A stretch of DNA of 64,000 nt from positions 528,682-592,681 of the forward strand of contig CAVXAH010000001.1 of assembly GCA_963759775.1 (NCBI GenBank). Direction: 5' to 3'. Of this stretch, positions 56,343 to 64,000 are shown one piece after another. A program made the position numbers and the translations under genes. The stretch's first letter is position 1; every line of letters starts with the position of its first letter. The notes beneath the pieces were generated by a model, which worked only from the letters and a program-made list of their open reading frames with translations, had not been told where the DNA came from and did not search any database. This DNA is from an uncultured bacterium. Lineage in GTDB: Bacteria; Patescibacteriota; Minisyncoccia; Phycocordibacterales; Phycocordibacteraceae.

Positions 56343-56536
56343 TGACGCTTTCCACGAGCCGCCGAAAGGCGGCTTTGTGCGTCATGAGCCTAAGCAAATC
56401 CTGGGAGGCTTTGCGCCGGGGAGTCGAAAACCTTGCGAGCATTTTATTGAGCGTTCTGACGCGATGAGAAAATCCGCAAGGTGTACTGAAGCTGTAAGCT
56501 TCGACAAGCGTAATCGCGGTCCCCGTAGGGTCACCA
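56343..56536 (+). other. structured 190-nt spacer ending in a rearranged copy of the tRNA-Glu 3' end plus CCA
   Basis: Nested hairpins tcatgacgc...gcgtcatga around gccgcc-gaaa-ggcggc, and ccttgcg...cgcaagg. The last 46 nt, GCTGTAAGCTTCGACAAGCGTAATCGCGGTCCCCGTAGGGTCACCA, reuse blocks of tRNA-Glu. Confidence 0.6.
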
Positions 56537-56569
56537 CATCTTCATAAGAACTCTGCTATACATAAGTGT

Positions 56570-56962
56570 ATGAAAAACCGCGTTGTACATTTCGAGATTC
56601 AGGCAGAGAAGCCCGAACGAGCTATCAAGTTTTACCAGGACGTTTTTGGTTGGGAATTCCCGAAGTGGATGGACAACTACTGGGGCGTGATGACGGCGCC
56701 CAAGGAGAGCTCTGAGCCGGGCATCAACGGTGGCCTTTTACAACGCCCATGCCCTGCACCAAAACTGGAGCAGGGGACAAATGCATTCGTATGCACGGTG
56801 CAAGTAGAAGACTTTGATGCGATAGCGAAAAAGATAGAAACGGCTGGTGGAATAGTTGCGATGCCGAAATTCGCGATGCCGGGCATGGCGTGGCAGGGAT
56901 ACTTTATTGACACCGAGGGCAATACGTTTGGTCTCCACCAAGCAGACACAAACGCAAAATAG
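56570..56962 (+). CDS. VOC (glyoxalase/bleomycin-resistance) family protein
   Basis: 130 aa. VVHFEIQAEKPERAIKFYQDVFGWEF...GYFIDTEGNTFGLHQ. Confidence 0.75.
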   Translation: MKNRVVHFEIQAEKPERAIKFYQDVFGWEFPKWMDNYWGVMTAPKESSEPGINGGLLQRPCPAPKLEQGTNAFVCTVQVEDFDAIAKKIETAGGIVAMPKFAMPGMAWQGYFIDTEGNTFGLHQADTNAK

Positions 56963-57063
56963 TAATAACCGCACCATACACCGAGTTCCACAACCCTTCG
57001 AAAACGTGGTATAATATCTTCACGAACACAAACTCACTGTAGTTTGTCTCTTATTCTCCCACC

Positions 57064-59280
57064 GTGGTATTTAATCCTCACAACAGAAAGTGGATTGTAT
57101 ACATCTCAACATTTCCTCCTCGGGAGTGTGGTATCGCAACTTTTACGGAGGACTTGATGAATGCGTTTGACGAGATGTACAACCCGCGTGAAGAGGCAAA
57201 AGTGATTGCGATGAATTTAGACGAAGTTTCCCAGTATACATACGACAAAAAGAGAGTGCTTTTTGAAATACCGCAACCGATACAGGAGAAATATCTTGAA
57301 GCGGCGAAGTTTCTAAACAATCATCGCCAGGTTGCTCTCGTGCACATACAACACGAGTTCGGTATCTTTGGCGGTTCCTACGGAAGCCACCTTATTCCAC
57401 TGCTTCGGGAACTCAAAAAACCAGCGGTCATCACCTTCCACACCGTCCTTCCGGGACCGAATCAGGAGCTCCGTGAGGTTGTACGTGCGATCAATAATCA
57501 TGTACAGAGCATCATTGCAATGACGGAGAGCTCAAAACAAATCTTGGTGCGCGACTACGCACTCGATGAATCCAAAATTAAAGTGATTCCCCACGGTATA
57601 CACCCGGCCCACTTCACTGATGGAAAGGAAGCGAAGCGCGACCTCGGACTCTCAAAGAAGCTCGTCATTTCAACCTTTGGGTTGCTGAGTAAGGGGAAAG
57701 GTATTCAATACGGCATTGAGGCAATGGCTCGAGTCGTAAAGAAGTTTCCACACGCGACGTATCTCATCATTGGCGCTACGCATCCGGTTGTTCTGAAAAA
57801 CGAAGGTGAGGCGTATCGAAATACTCTCATTAAAAAAGTCCACGATCTGCATCTTGAACACAACGTATTTTTCTATAACAAGTATTTGAAACTCGAGGAG
57901 CTTCTGCATTTTTTGGAAGCCTCGGATATATACCTGGCTCTTTCCCAAGAACCGAACCAAGCAGTTTCGGGCACACTCTCCTATGCGCTCGGAAGCGGCA
58001 AGCCGGTTGTTTCAACCTCCTTCGCACAAGCAAAAGAAGACGTAACGCCAGAGACGGGCATTTTGGTGGATTTCACCAACGTAGACCAGATCGCACAGGC
58101 GCTTGAAGATCTTCTCCAGAACCAAGAAGGTCGACTCATGATGGGCAAGAGCGCGTACTTTAGAATGCGAAGTCGCACCTGGGCAAACGTACTTCTTGCA
58201 CACATGGCGGAGTATATTCGGCTCGAGCCGGTTCTTGGTAGTGTGGAGAAGAATATTCCAAGAATTTCCCTCGCACACATCTCCACACTCACTGATGGTT
58301 TTGGGATGATTCAGTTTGCAAAGATGACCAAACCCGACCCTGCGTCTGGGTACACCACTGACGATAATGCGCGCGCCCTCATCGCGCTCATAAAGTATTA
58401 CGAGAAAACGGGCAGGAAAAAAGCACTTCCGCTTATTCAGACGTACTTGAACTTTCTCCAGTATGTAGAGCGAAAGGAGGGAGCGTTCCACAACTACGTT
58501 GATATCAACAAACACATTCCGCTCGATCAGCACCAAAGAGAGAACTTGGAAAGTGCAACTGCGCGGTGTATGTTTGCGCTCGCAAAAACTGCTACGTGCC
58601 GGTCTCTTCCAGAAGCTATGCGTGAGCAAGCGGCAACTATTTTCACGAGGCAGATACCAAACATAGAAAACGCAACCTCGCCACGATCCATGGCCTATTG
58701 CATCAAAGCGTTGTATGCCTGGAGTAAACGCGACACCACAGGGAGGTCTATACAGTCCGCGGAGCGTTTCGCCGACAAACTCGTCGAACTCTTTGAGAAA
58801 AATCGTGAACCAAACTGGAGGTGGTTTGAAGACATACTTGCGTACTCAAACGGTGTCATGCCAGACGCACTTACCGACGCCTATATGCTGACTAAAAAAG
58901 AAAAGTACTTGAGTATTGCACGCGAGGCATTTGATTTCCTATTAAGCTACAGTTTTGAAGGCGATATGTGTGTTCCCATCGGTCAAAGTGGGTGGTTTAA
59001 AAGAGGGGGTCGCAAACACGCTCACGACCAGCAACCGGAAGAAGTTGCTGTTCTGGTGTTTACGGCGAAGTCTATGTATCGAATCACAGGAGAAGAACAG
59101 TACAGGAAAAGAATGGTAGATGCGTTTAGTTGGTTTTTGGGAAACAACACGCTTCATCAAGTCGTGTATAACCAGGCGACGGGCGGTTGCTATGACGGTG
59201 TCGGTGAAAAAGGTATCAACCTGAATCAGGGTGCCGAATCAACGATTATGTATCTCCTTGCTCGATTGTCGTTCGAATAG
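57064..59280 (+). CDS. GT4-family glycosyltransferase fused to a ~350-aa C-terminal helical domain
   Basis: The N-terminus STFPPRECGIATFTEDL... plus the E..G.P.V.T-type GT-B C-lobe (SYALGSGKPVVST) span about 1-390. The remainder is alpha-rich (..TTDDNARALIALIKYYE..). A TGgTATAAT promoter lies about 50 nt upstream. Confidence 0.65.
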   Translation: MVFNPHNRKWIVYISTFPPRECGIATFTEDLMNAFDEMYNPREEAKVIAMNLDEVSQYTYDKKRVLFEIPQPIQEKYLEAAKFLNNHRQVALVHIQHEFGIFGGSYGSHLIPLLRELKKPAVITFHTVLPGPNQELREVVRAINNHVQSIIAMTESSKQILVRDYALDESKIKVIPHGIHPAHFTDGKEAKRDLGLSKKLVISTFGLLSKGKGIQYGIEAMARVVKKFPHATYLIIGATHPVVLKNEGEAYRNTLIKKVHDLHLEHNVFFYNKYLKLEELLHFLEASDIYLALSQEPNQAVSGTLSYALGSGKPVVSTSFAQAKEDVTPETGILVDFTNVDQIAQALEDLLQNQEGRLMMGKSAYFRMRSRTWANVLLAHMAEYIRLEPVLGSVEKNIPRISLAHISTLTDGFGMIQFAKMTKPDPASGYTTDDNARALIALIKYYEKTGRKKALPLIQTYLNFLQYVERKEGAFHNYVDINKHIPLDQHQRENLESATARCMFALAKTATCRSLPEAMREQAATIFTRQIPNIENATSPRSMAYCIKALYAWSKRDTTGRSIQSAERFADKLVELFEKNREPNWRWFEDILAYSNGVMPDALTDAYMLTKKEKYLSIAREAFDFLLSYSFEGDMCVPIGQSGWFKRGGRKHAHDQQPEEVAVLVFTAKSMYRITGEEQYRKRMVDAFSWFLGNNTLHQVVYNQATGGCYDGVGEKGINLNQGAESTIMYLLARLSFE

Positions 59281-59286
59281 ACAAAT

Positions 59287-60210
59287 TTAGTGCATCTTGA
59301 GCCAGAGGTAGATGTCTTCAAGTGCTTTGACGGCGTCGCCAGCGGCAATGTTGTTTTGGTGGTAGAGCTCATCGGTTGCGTCTCCGGCAGCCCAAACTCC
59401 TTCTACAGAAGTGCGCTGATTTTTTGGGTCGGCGATGACGCGGTTGAACGGATCAAGGGGAAGTAGTCCTTTCGCAAAGTCAGTATTTGGAAGAACGCCG
59501 ATTTCAACAAACACGCCTCCGACCGAAAGTTCTCCTGTTTCGTTCGTCGTACGATTTTTATAGGTAAGGCCAGAGACAAATGCATCTCCTTTGACTTCAG
59601 TGGGTTCCACGTTCAAGATCGCTTTCATGTTGGGGTGCGCAAGCACTTTTTCAACCGTGACTGGGTCCGCCTTGAGTTCGGGATGGCGATGAAGCAGAGT
59701 GACAGATTTTGCATACGCAAGAAGCTGAGCAGCTGTTTCAAGACCAGCGTTTCCACCACCCACAACCGCAACATCCATACCTGCGAAAAGCGGACCATCG
59801 CAAGAGGCGCAATAAACGACACCCTTGTTTTCAAATTTTTCAGCACCGGGCACATTGAGCTTGCGTCGCCCTGCGCCCGAAGCAACCAGAATCGCTTTTG
59901 CTTCAAATTCTTTGCCGCTTTTGGTGCCAACCTTAAAGCGTTCTCCTGATTTTGAAAGGGAAGTGACGCTGTCCACGACGACAGCCACTTTGTCGCCCGC
60001 AAGTGCCTCCAGATGCGACTTGAGCGCTTTTGCGAGTTCCGCGCCAGAGAGCTTCGGGGTGCCTATCCAGTTTTCAATGCCTTCTGATACGTTGGACTGG
60101 CCACCAAATTCAGGAGTGATAAGTACGGTTCTGAGGCACTTACGAGCGGCATAGACGCCTCCCGCAACGCCTGCGGGGCCGCCACCAATGATTACCAAGT
60201 CATGAGTCAT
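59287..60210 (-). CDS. trxB: thioredoxin-disulfide reductase-like FAD/NAD(P) oxidoreductase
   Basis: GGGPAG, the CASCDG redox-active pair, GGGNAG and AAGD. Confidence 0.7.
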   Translation of the reverse strand: MTHDLVIIGGGPAGVAGGVYAARKCLRTVLITPEFGGQSNVSEGIENWIGTPKLSGAELAKALKSHLEALAGDKVAVVVDSVTSLSKSGERFKVGTKSGKEFEAKAILVASGAGRRKLNVPGAEKFENKGVVYCASCDGPLFAGMDVAVVGGGNAGLETAAQLLAYAKSVTLLHRHPELKADPVTVEKVLAHPNMKAILNVEPTEVKGDAFVSGLTYKNRTTNETGELSVGGVFVEIGVLPNTDFAKGLLPLDPFNRVIADPKNQRTSVEGVWAAGDATDELYHQNNIAAGDAVKALEDIYLWLKMH

Positions 60211-60299
60211 GAGTTTGTGGTCGTGATTATAACAAAAAAATTCGGCGCGTGCGCGCCGAATTTCTGGTGACTCTCAACTCTAGACTAATGACTTCAGTT

Positions 60300-61544
60300 T
60301 TACTTTTTGTGGCGGCGCAGGAACGCTGGAATAGCTCCCCAACTCTCATCCTCTTCCACTTCAGCAACGGGCGCCTTTGGAGCTTCCTCACGCTTTGCAG
60401 GCTTTGCAGTTACAACGGGCTCTTCTTTCTCTTTGGCGGTCTTTGTCGAATCCTCACTCTTCGCTCCGGTCTCGGCGTCTCGCTTCAGTACATCGTTATA
60501 AATGCGGCCGCGTTCAGCCTCGCGCTCTGCCGGGCGCATAGAGAAGAGAGAGTGCTCAAGCGCGGGACCAGTATGCCCGCTACTTCCTTCAGGGAAGCCG
60601 GTTGCAATGACGATGATGCGAATTTGGCCTTTTTTGACCTTGTTGTCCTGCATCATGCCGAAAATAACCTTCGCATTTTTATCCACTGATTCATTAATAA
60701 CCTTTGCTGCTTCCTGCACCTCCATAATGCCAAGATCGTCGGTACCAGCAACCACAAAGAGAATGCCTCTTGCGCCCGAGATAGAGATATCAAGGAGCGG
60801 AGAATTGACGGCTCTTTGTGCCGCCTCCTTCGCGCGACCCTCGCCGTCAGCAATACCAATACCCATGAGTGCAGGACCCGCACCCTCCATGATGGCGCGA
60901 ATGTCATTGAAGTCAGTGTTGATTTCACCCGGCGTGGTGATGATGTCGGAGACCCCCTCAACCGCCTGGCGCAGTATTTCGTCCGCAAGGGCAAATGCCG
61001 CTTTCGCGCTCATGTTTGCTTCCGCAATCGCAAGGAGCTTGTCGTTTGGAATAACGATAAATGCGTCAACTTCTTTTTTTAGTTCAGCAAGACCGCGCTC
61101 AGCTATTTCGCGTCGCTGTGCACCTTCGAAAGAGAAGGGCTTCGTAACAACTCCTATCGTAAGTGCGCCGCATTCTTTGGCGATTTTCGCGACAATGGCA
61201 CTTGCGCCCGTTCCCGTGCCTCCACCCATACCGCAGGTGATGAACACCATGTCAGAGCCCTGGAGTGCCTCCTGAATTTGCTGCCTTGTTTCTTCAGCGG
61301 CCCGTTTGCCGAGCTCTGGGTTCATACCAGCACCAAGACCTCTCGTGAGGTTCTTTCCAATATGGATTTTCTTTTTAGCGAGCGAACGGTGGAGGTCTTG
61401 CGCATCCGTATTGATAGCGATGAACTCAACGCCTCGCACTTTTGAGTTGATCATGTGATTCACGGCGTTTAGACCTGAACCACCTACTCCTACGACGCGA
61501 ATTCGTGCGAACGTCTCAACCTCAGGTGCGATGCGTTTAGACAT
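60300..61544 (-). CDS. ftsZ: cell division protein FtsZ
   Basis: GVGGSG..A.N, the GGGTGTGA tubulin signature and a long charged C-terminal tail. Confidence 0.9.
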   Translation of the reverse strand: MSKRIAPEVETFARIRVVGVGGSGLNAVNHMINSKVRGVEFIAINTDAQDLHRSLAKKKIHIGKNLTRGLGAGMNPELGKRAAEETRQQIQEALQGSDMVFITCGMGGGTGTGASAIVAKIAKECGALTIGVVTKPFSFEGAQRREIAERGLAELKKEVDAFIVIPNDKLLAIAEANMSAKAAFALADEILRQAVEGVSDIITTPGEINTDFNDIRAIMEGAGPALMGIGIADGEGRAKEAAQRAVNSPLLDISISGARGILFVVAGTDDLGIMEVQEAAKVINESVDKNAKVIFGMMQDNKVKKGQIRIIVIATGFPEGSSGHTGPALEHSLFSMRPAEREAERGRIYNDVLKRDAETGAKSEDSTKTAKEKEEPVVTAKPAKREEAPKAPVAEVEEDESWGAIPAFLRRHKK

Positions 61545-61659
61545 AGGTTATAAAATATAAATAGTCTGCGCATCATAGCAGAACCAAAAACTCTGCAAAT
61601 CTTGACAGAGAAAATATGTATTTTATGAAACACTCTCCAAACGAGGGCTGAACTATGCG

Positions 61660-62829
61660 TTACGGCAGAAATTGTTTGAAAAAAGAGTGTAGAGAAGCGC
61701 CAATTCGTGATACAGCACCTCCCCCATGGGTCTCGGTTTCTCCGGTGAGACCCCAGAGTGCAAGTCCGTACGCGACTGCCCACGTAGCATCCCGCATTTT
61801 CCCGTCATTAAGAAGCCTGAGTTCGGCGATGCGCGAAGGAAGTCTCAAAGAACTCTTTGCGATATCTATAATAGACCCTTGTCCCGCTCCGCCTCCTGAA
61901 ATAATGATGCCTGCGGGAAGTGGTCCTCGACGGTTGAGAGACTTTAAGTGTTTCTCAATGAGGGTAAACATAAGCTCAACGCGACTTGCGACCATGTCGT
62001 CAACACGCTTCTTGGGATACATCGTGCCCGTGAGTTTCCCGATCTTCACGCGTTCCGCCTCCTCAAGCGAAATCCGAAATCCGAGTGCAATATCGTCCGT
62101 TATATGTGCGCTCCCCATAGGGAATACTTTCACGGATATAGGAATACCTTCATCGTAGACAACGATAGACACCGTTTCGGCTCCGATATTGGCGAGTACA
62201 CAGCCTTTCATCTGCTGTTCCTTTGAGAGAAGAACGTTTGCGCCCGCAAGTGGGGAAGCCATTTGGTCGAGTACCTCAATATCTGCATTTTCTACGGCGG
62301 CGACGAGTGCATCGGCGTGTTGAGAGAGACAGGTAACAAACAAGTAGTCGGATTCAAGTCGTACTCCTCGCATACCATTCGGGTTGCCAAGCACTTTCGT
62401 TCCATCAAGACGATGTTCAGTGGGTATTGCGTGCAGAACTCTACGGTTTAAGAATGCTGGAGCCGCCGCCTCTTTCGCGACAGATGCTGCCCTTGTTACG
62501 TCGAGCTCGGTCACCTCCTGGTCTGCACGGGAAATAACCGCCTCGCCCCCCGCACGGGCTTCATCAAGGGAGATGCCACCGATGGAAAGAAAACATGAGG
62601 TGAGTCGCACGTTTGCCGTGCTTTCCGCCTGGCGCTTTGCCTCGCGAACACTTTCTTCAACCTGCTCTTTGTTCACAATGTAGCCGTGGCGTAGCCCCTT
62701 TGATTCGGCAAGGCCGGTACCAAGCACGCGAAGTGTTCGCACGCCCTTTTTATCGGCGAGTTCTTCAACGACGACAACCTTGACCTGATAGGTCCCGATG
62801 TCGATTCCAGTTACGATGCGGCGTGCCAT
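61660..62829 (-). CDS. ftsA: cell division protein FtsA
   Basis: IVTGIDIGTYQVKVVV... actin-fold phosphate motifs and ..IIISGGGA... I chose ATG 62829, which gives a TAATG junction with ybeY. Confidence 0.8.
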   Translation of the reverse strand: MARRIVTGIDIGTYQVKVVVVEELADKKGVRTLRVLGTGLAESKGLRHGYIVNKEQVEESVREAKRQAESTANVRLTSCFLSIGGISLDEARAGGEAVISRADQEVTELDVTRAASVAKEAAAPAFLNRRVLHAIPTEHRLDGTKVLGNPNGMRGVRLESDYLFVTCLSQHADALVAAVENADIEVLDQMASPLAGANVLLSKEQQMKGCVLANIGAETVSIVVYDEGIPISVKVFPMGSAHITDDIALGFRISLEEAERVKIGKLTGTMYPKKRVDDMVASRVELMFTLIEKHLKSLNRRGPLPAGIIISGGGAGQGSIIDIAKSSLRLPSRIAELRLLNDGKMRDATWAVAYGLALWGLTGETETHGGGAVSRIGASLHSFFKQFLP

Positions 62830-63224
62830 TAAGTAGTACGGGAAAGGCTCTTGGTGAGTTTCGCCAAGAGTTCTTGCTCGCGTCTCTCCATTGTAGAGCC
62901 GTGAGGGTATCCTTTCAAATGGAGGCACCCGTGGATAAACAGGTAGAGCGTGTACATGGCAGGTGAGAGTTGATAGCCCGAAGCTTCTTTGTCTGCGACG
63001 CTTAGGCAGATAATAATCTCGCCACTTCGTTTTCCAGCCTCGTATGAAAGTACATTTGGCGTGTACGTTTTCTTCCGGAGTTTTTTATTAAGCGCGCGTG
63101 CTTTTTTAGGATCTACAAACGCGAGCGAGACATCCCACCCAGGAAGAATGGCTTTTGCAGCCCTCTCAAACGGCAGACGCGGCGCTTTGCGCCGCGTGAG
63201 GTTTACTATTGAAATCCCTGCCAT
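62829..63224 (-). CDS. ybeY: rRNA maturation RNase YbeY
   Basis: HGCLHLKGYPH zinc motif in a 131-aa protein. Confidence 0.85.
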   Translation of the reverse strand: MAGISIVNLTRRKAPRLPFERAAKAILPGWDVSLAFVDPKKARALNKKLRKKTYTPNVLSYEAGKRSGEIIICLSVADKEASGYQLSPAMYTLYLFIHGCLHLKGYPHGSTMERREQELLAKLTKSLSRTT

Positions 63225-63244
63225 CTGGAGACTACTTCTTTCCC

Positions 63245-63559
63245 TTACCTCCTTTCTTGTCGCGACGTGCCGCTGGATCGATTTTCCCGAGCTTTACCGA
63301 GTTCTTGGTACACCTCGCGGCGTTCCTTAGAAACGAGGGCGCGTTTGTGGCCGACATTCTTTGACTTCACGCGCTCAAAGTAGCGACGCTTGCGCATCTC
63401 ACGAACAAGACCCAAACCCTGTGCGCGGCGAGAGAAACGGCGAATGAGCGCGAGCGAACTCTCGTTCTTTCCGCGCAGTACCTCTACTCTCGATGTCGTT
63501 ATCATAGTAGGGGGGACTCTACCACGCCGCTTGGCGTATTGTCTAGGTTTGGGGCTCAT
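63245..63559 (-). CDS. rpsU: 30S ribosomal protein S21 (with N-terminal extension)
   Basis: ...VEVLRGKNESSLALIRRFSRR....REMRKRRYFERVKSK. GAGGA lies 7 nt upstream of ATG 63559. Confidence 0.75.
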   Translation of the reverse strand: MSPKPRQYAKRRGRVPPTMITTSRVEVLRGKNESSLALIRRFSRRAQGLGLVREMRKRRYFERVKSKNVGHKRALVSKERREVYQELGKARENRSSGTSRQERR

Positions 63560-63775
63560 TTCAAAATCCTCGCTCGGTATTTATAAAAATGGTACACGTC
63601 GCCGCCCCAGCCGGGCGACGCGCTCACGCTCGTACGCGCAACCGACTCGAAAACTCGTCGGACCGGTGCTTGCGTGTCATGCGGACACGACACGTTTCGG
63701 TTCAGAAACCGAAACGCTCCCTGCGCGAGCCCATTTTTTACAAACACCTTCGCTCGTTTTGGTTTTGAAATGAGC

Positions 63776-64000
63776 CTAGCCGACACTCTTCAAACGCTCT
63801 GCAAGGCCCAAAAGAGGAAGGAGAGTGTCCTCTTGCGTTTCGCGATTTCTAAGAACCGTATTACCTTCAAGCGCTTCTTTTCGGCCCATGATGAGAAGGT
63901 ATGGAGGATTTATTTTTTCCACATGATGCATTTGCTCGGCGAGCGACTCTACGCCGATAGCTTGGTGAAGTGGCACATGCGCTTTCTTAAATTCTTCCGC
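63776..64000 (-). CDS. class II aminoacyl-tRNA synthetase C-terminal anticodon-binding domain (HisS-like), 5' part outside window
   Basis: The frame is open to the window edge. ...LAEQMHHVEKINPPYLLIMGRKEALEGNTVLRNRETQE fits the HisRS-type C-terminal domain. Confidence 0.5.
   Translation of the reverse strand, partial: AEEFKKAHVPLHQAIGVESLAEQMHHVEKINPPYLLIMGRKEALEGNTVLRNRETQEDTLLPLLGLAERLKSVG

Noticed and set aside
1-64000. An alternative genetic code (e.g. UGA recoding as in some CPR lineages) as the explanation for the split genes
   Set aside because: The interruptions are frame changes, not in-frame stops. TGA, TAA and TAG each terminate well-conserved proteins at the expected C-termini, for example typA TAA and the ABC ATPase TGA.

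Overview
This 64-kb window reads like a compact, small-genome bacterial chromosome of the Patescibacteria/CPR (Parcubacteria-like) type. That placement is my inference from gene content and protein style, not a database result. Most of it is tightly packed housekeeping: typA, ftsH, smpB plus tmRNA, recG, class II RNR, RNase P RNA, murJ, lepA, valS, tsaD, rlmB, ftsZ/ftsA, ybeY, rpsU and 8 tRNAs. TAA, TAG and TGA are all used as stops.

The accessory part is about 3.1-23.1 kb. It holds:
- a 14-kb gene for a ~4,687-aa secreted Gly/Thr/Ser-rich repeat protein that ends in a tail-fibre-type (peptidase S74-like) intramolecular chaperone domain;
- a frame-broken C-terminal module of that gene;
- a REP-associated tyrosine transposase (RAYT) bracketed by its own palindromic REP hairpins;
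- a three-gene operon with one FN3/Ig/dockerin protein and two membrane-anchored cohesin-like paralogs.

Taken together this looks like a cell-surface attachment island and is my best candidate for a system worth follow-up.

Other signals that ordinary gene calls do not explain:
- a ~75-nt structured repeat present three times (27.3, 45.0 and 48.0 kb) with compensatory stem changes, always just 3' of a gene. One copy ends in a tRNA-like T-arm/acceptor/CCA.
- a decayed tRNA-Glu 3'-end copy with CCA, 190 nt after the intact tRNA-Glu.
- a tRNA-Ile with anticodon UAU.
- an orphan ~370-nt promoter-to-terminator unit with no coding potential (50.2-50.6 kb).
- a mini transcription unit for a 31-codon ORF (26.5 kb).
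- a 119-bp element with perfect 16-bp terminal inverted repeats between lemA and htpX that covers the htpX start.
- single-nucleotide frame breaks in at least five conserved genes (a TPR membrane protein, murJ x3, lepA, valS x2, tsaD). These are either assembly indels or real decay.

All product calls rest on motifs I recognise by eye. No searches were run.
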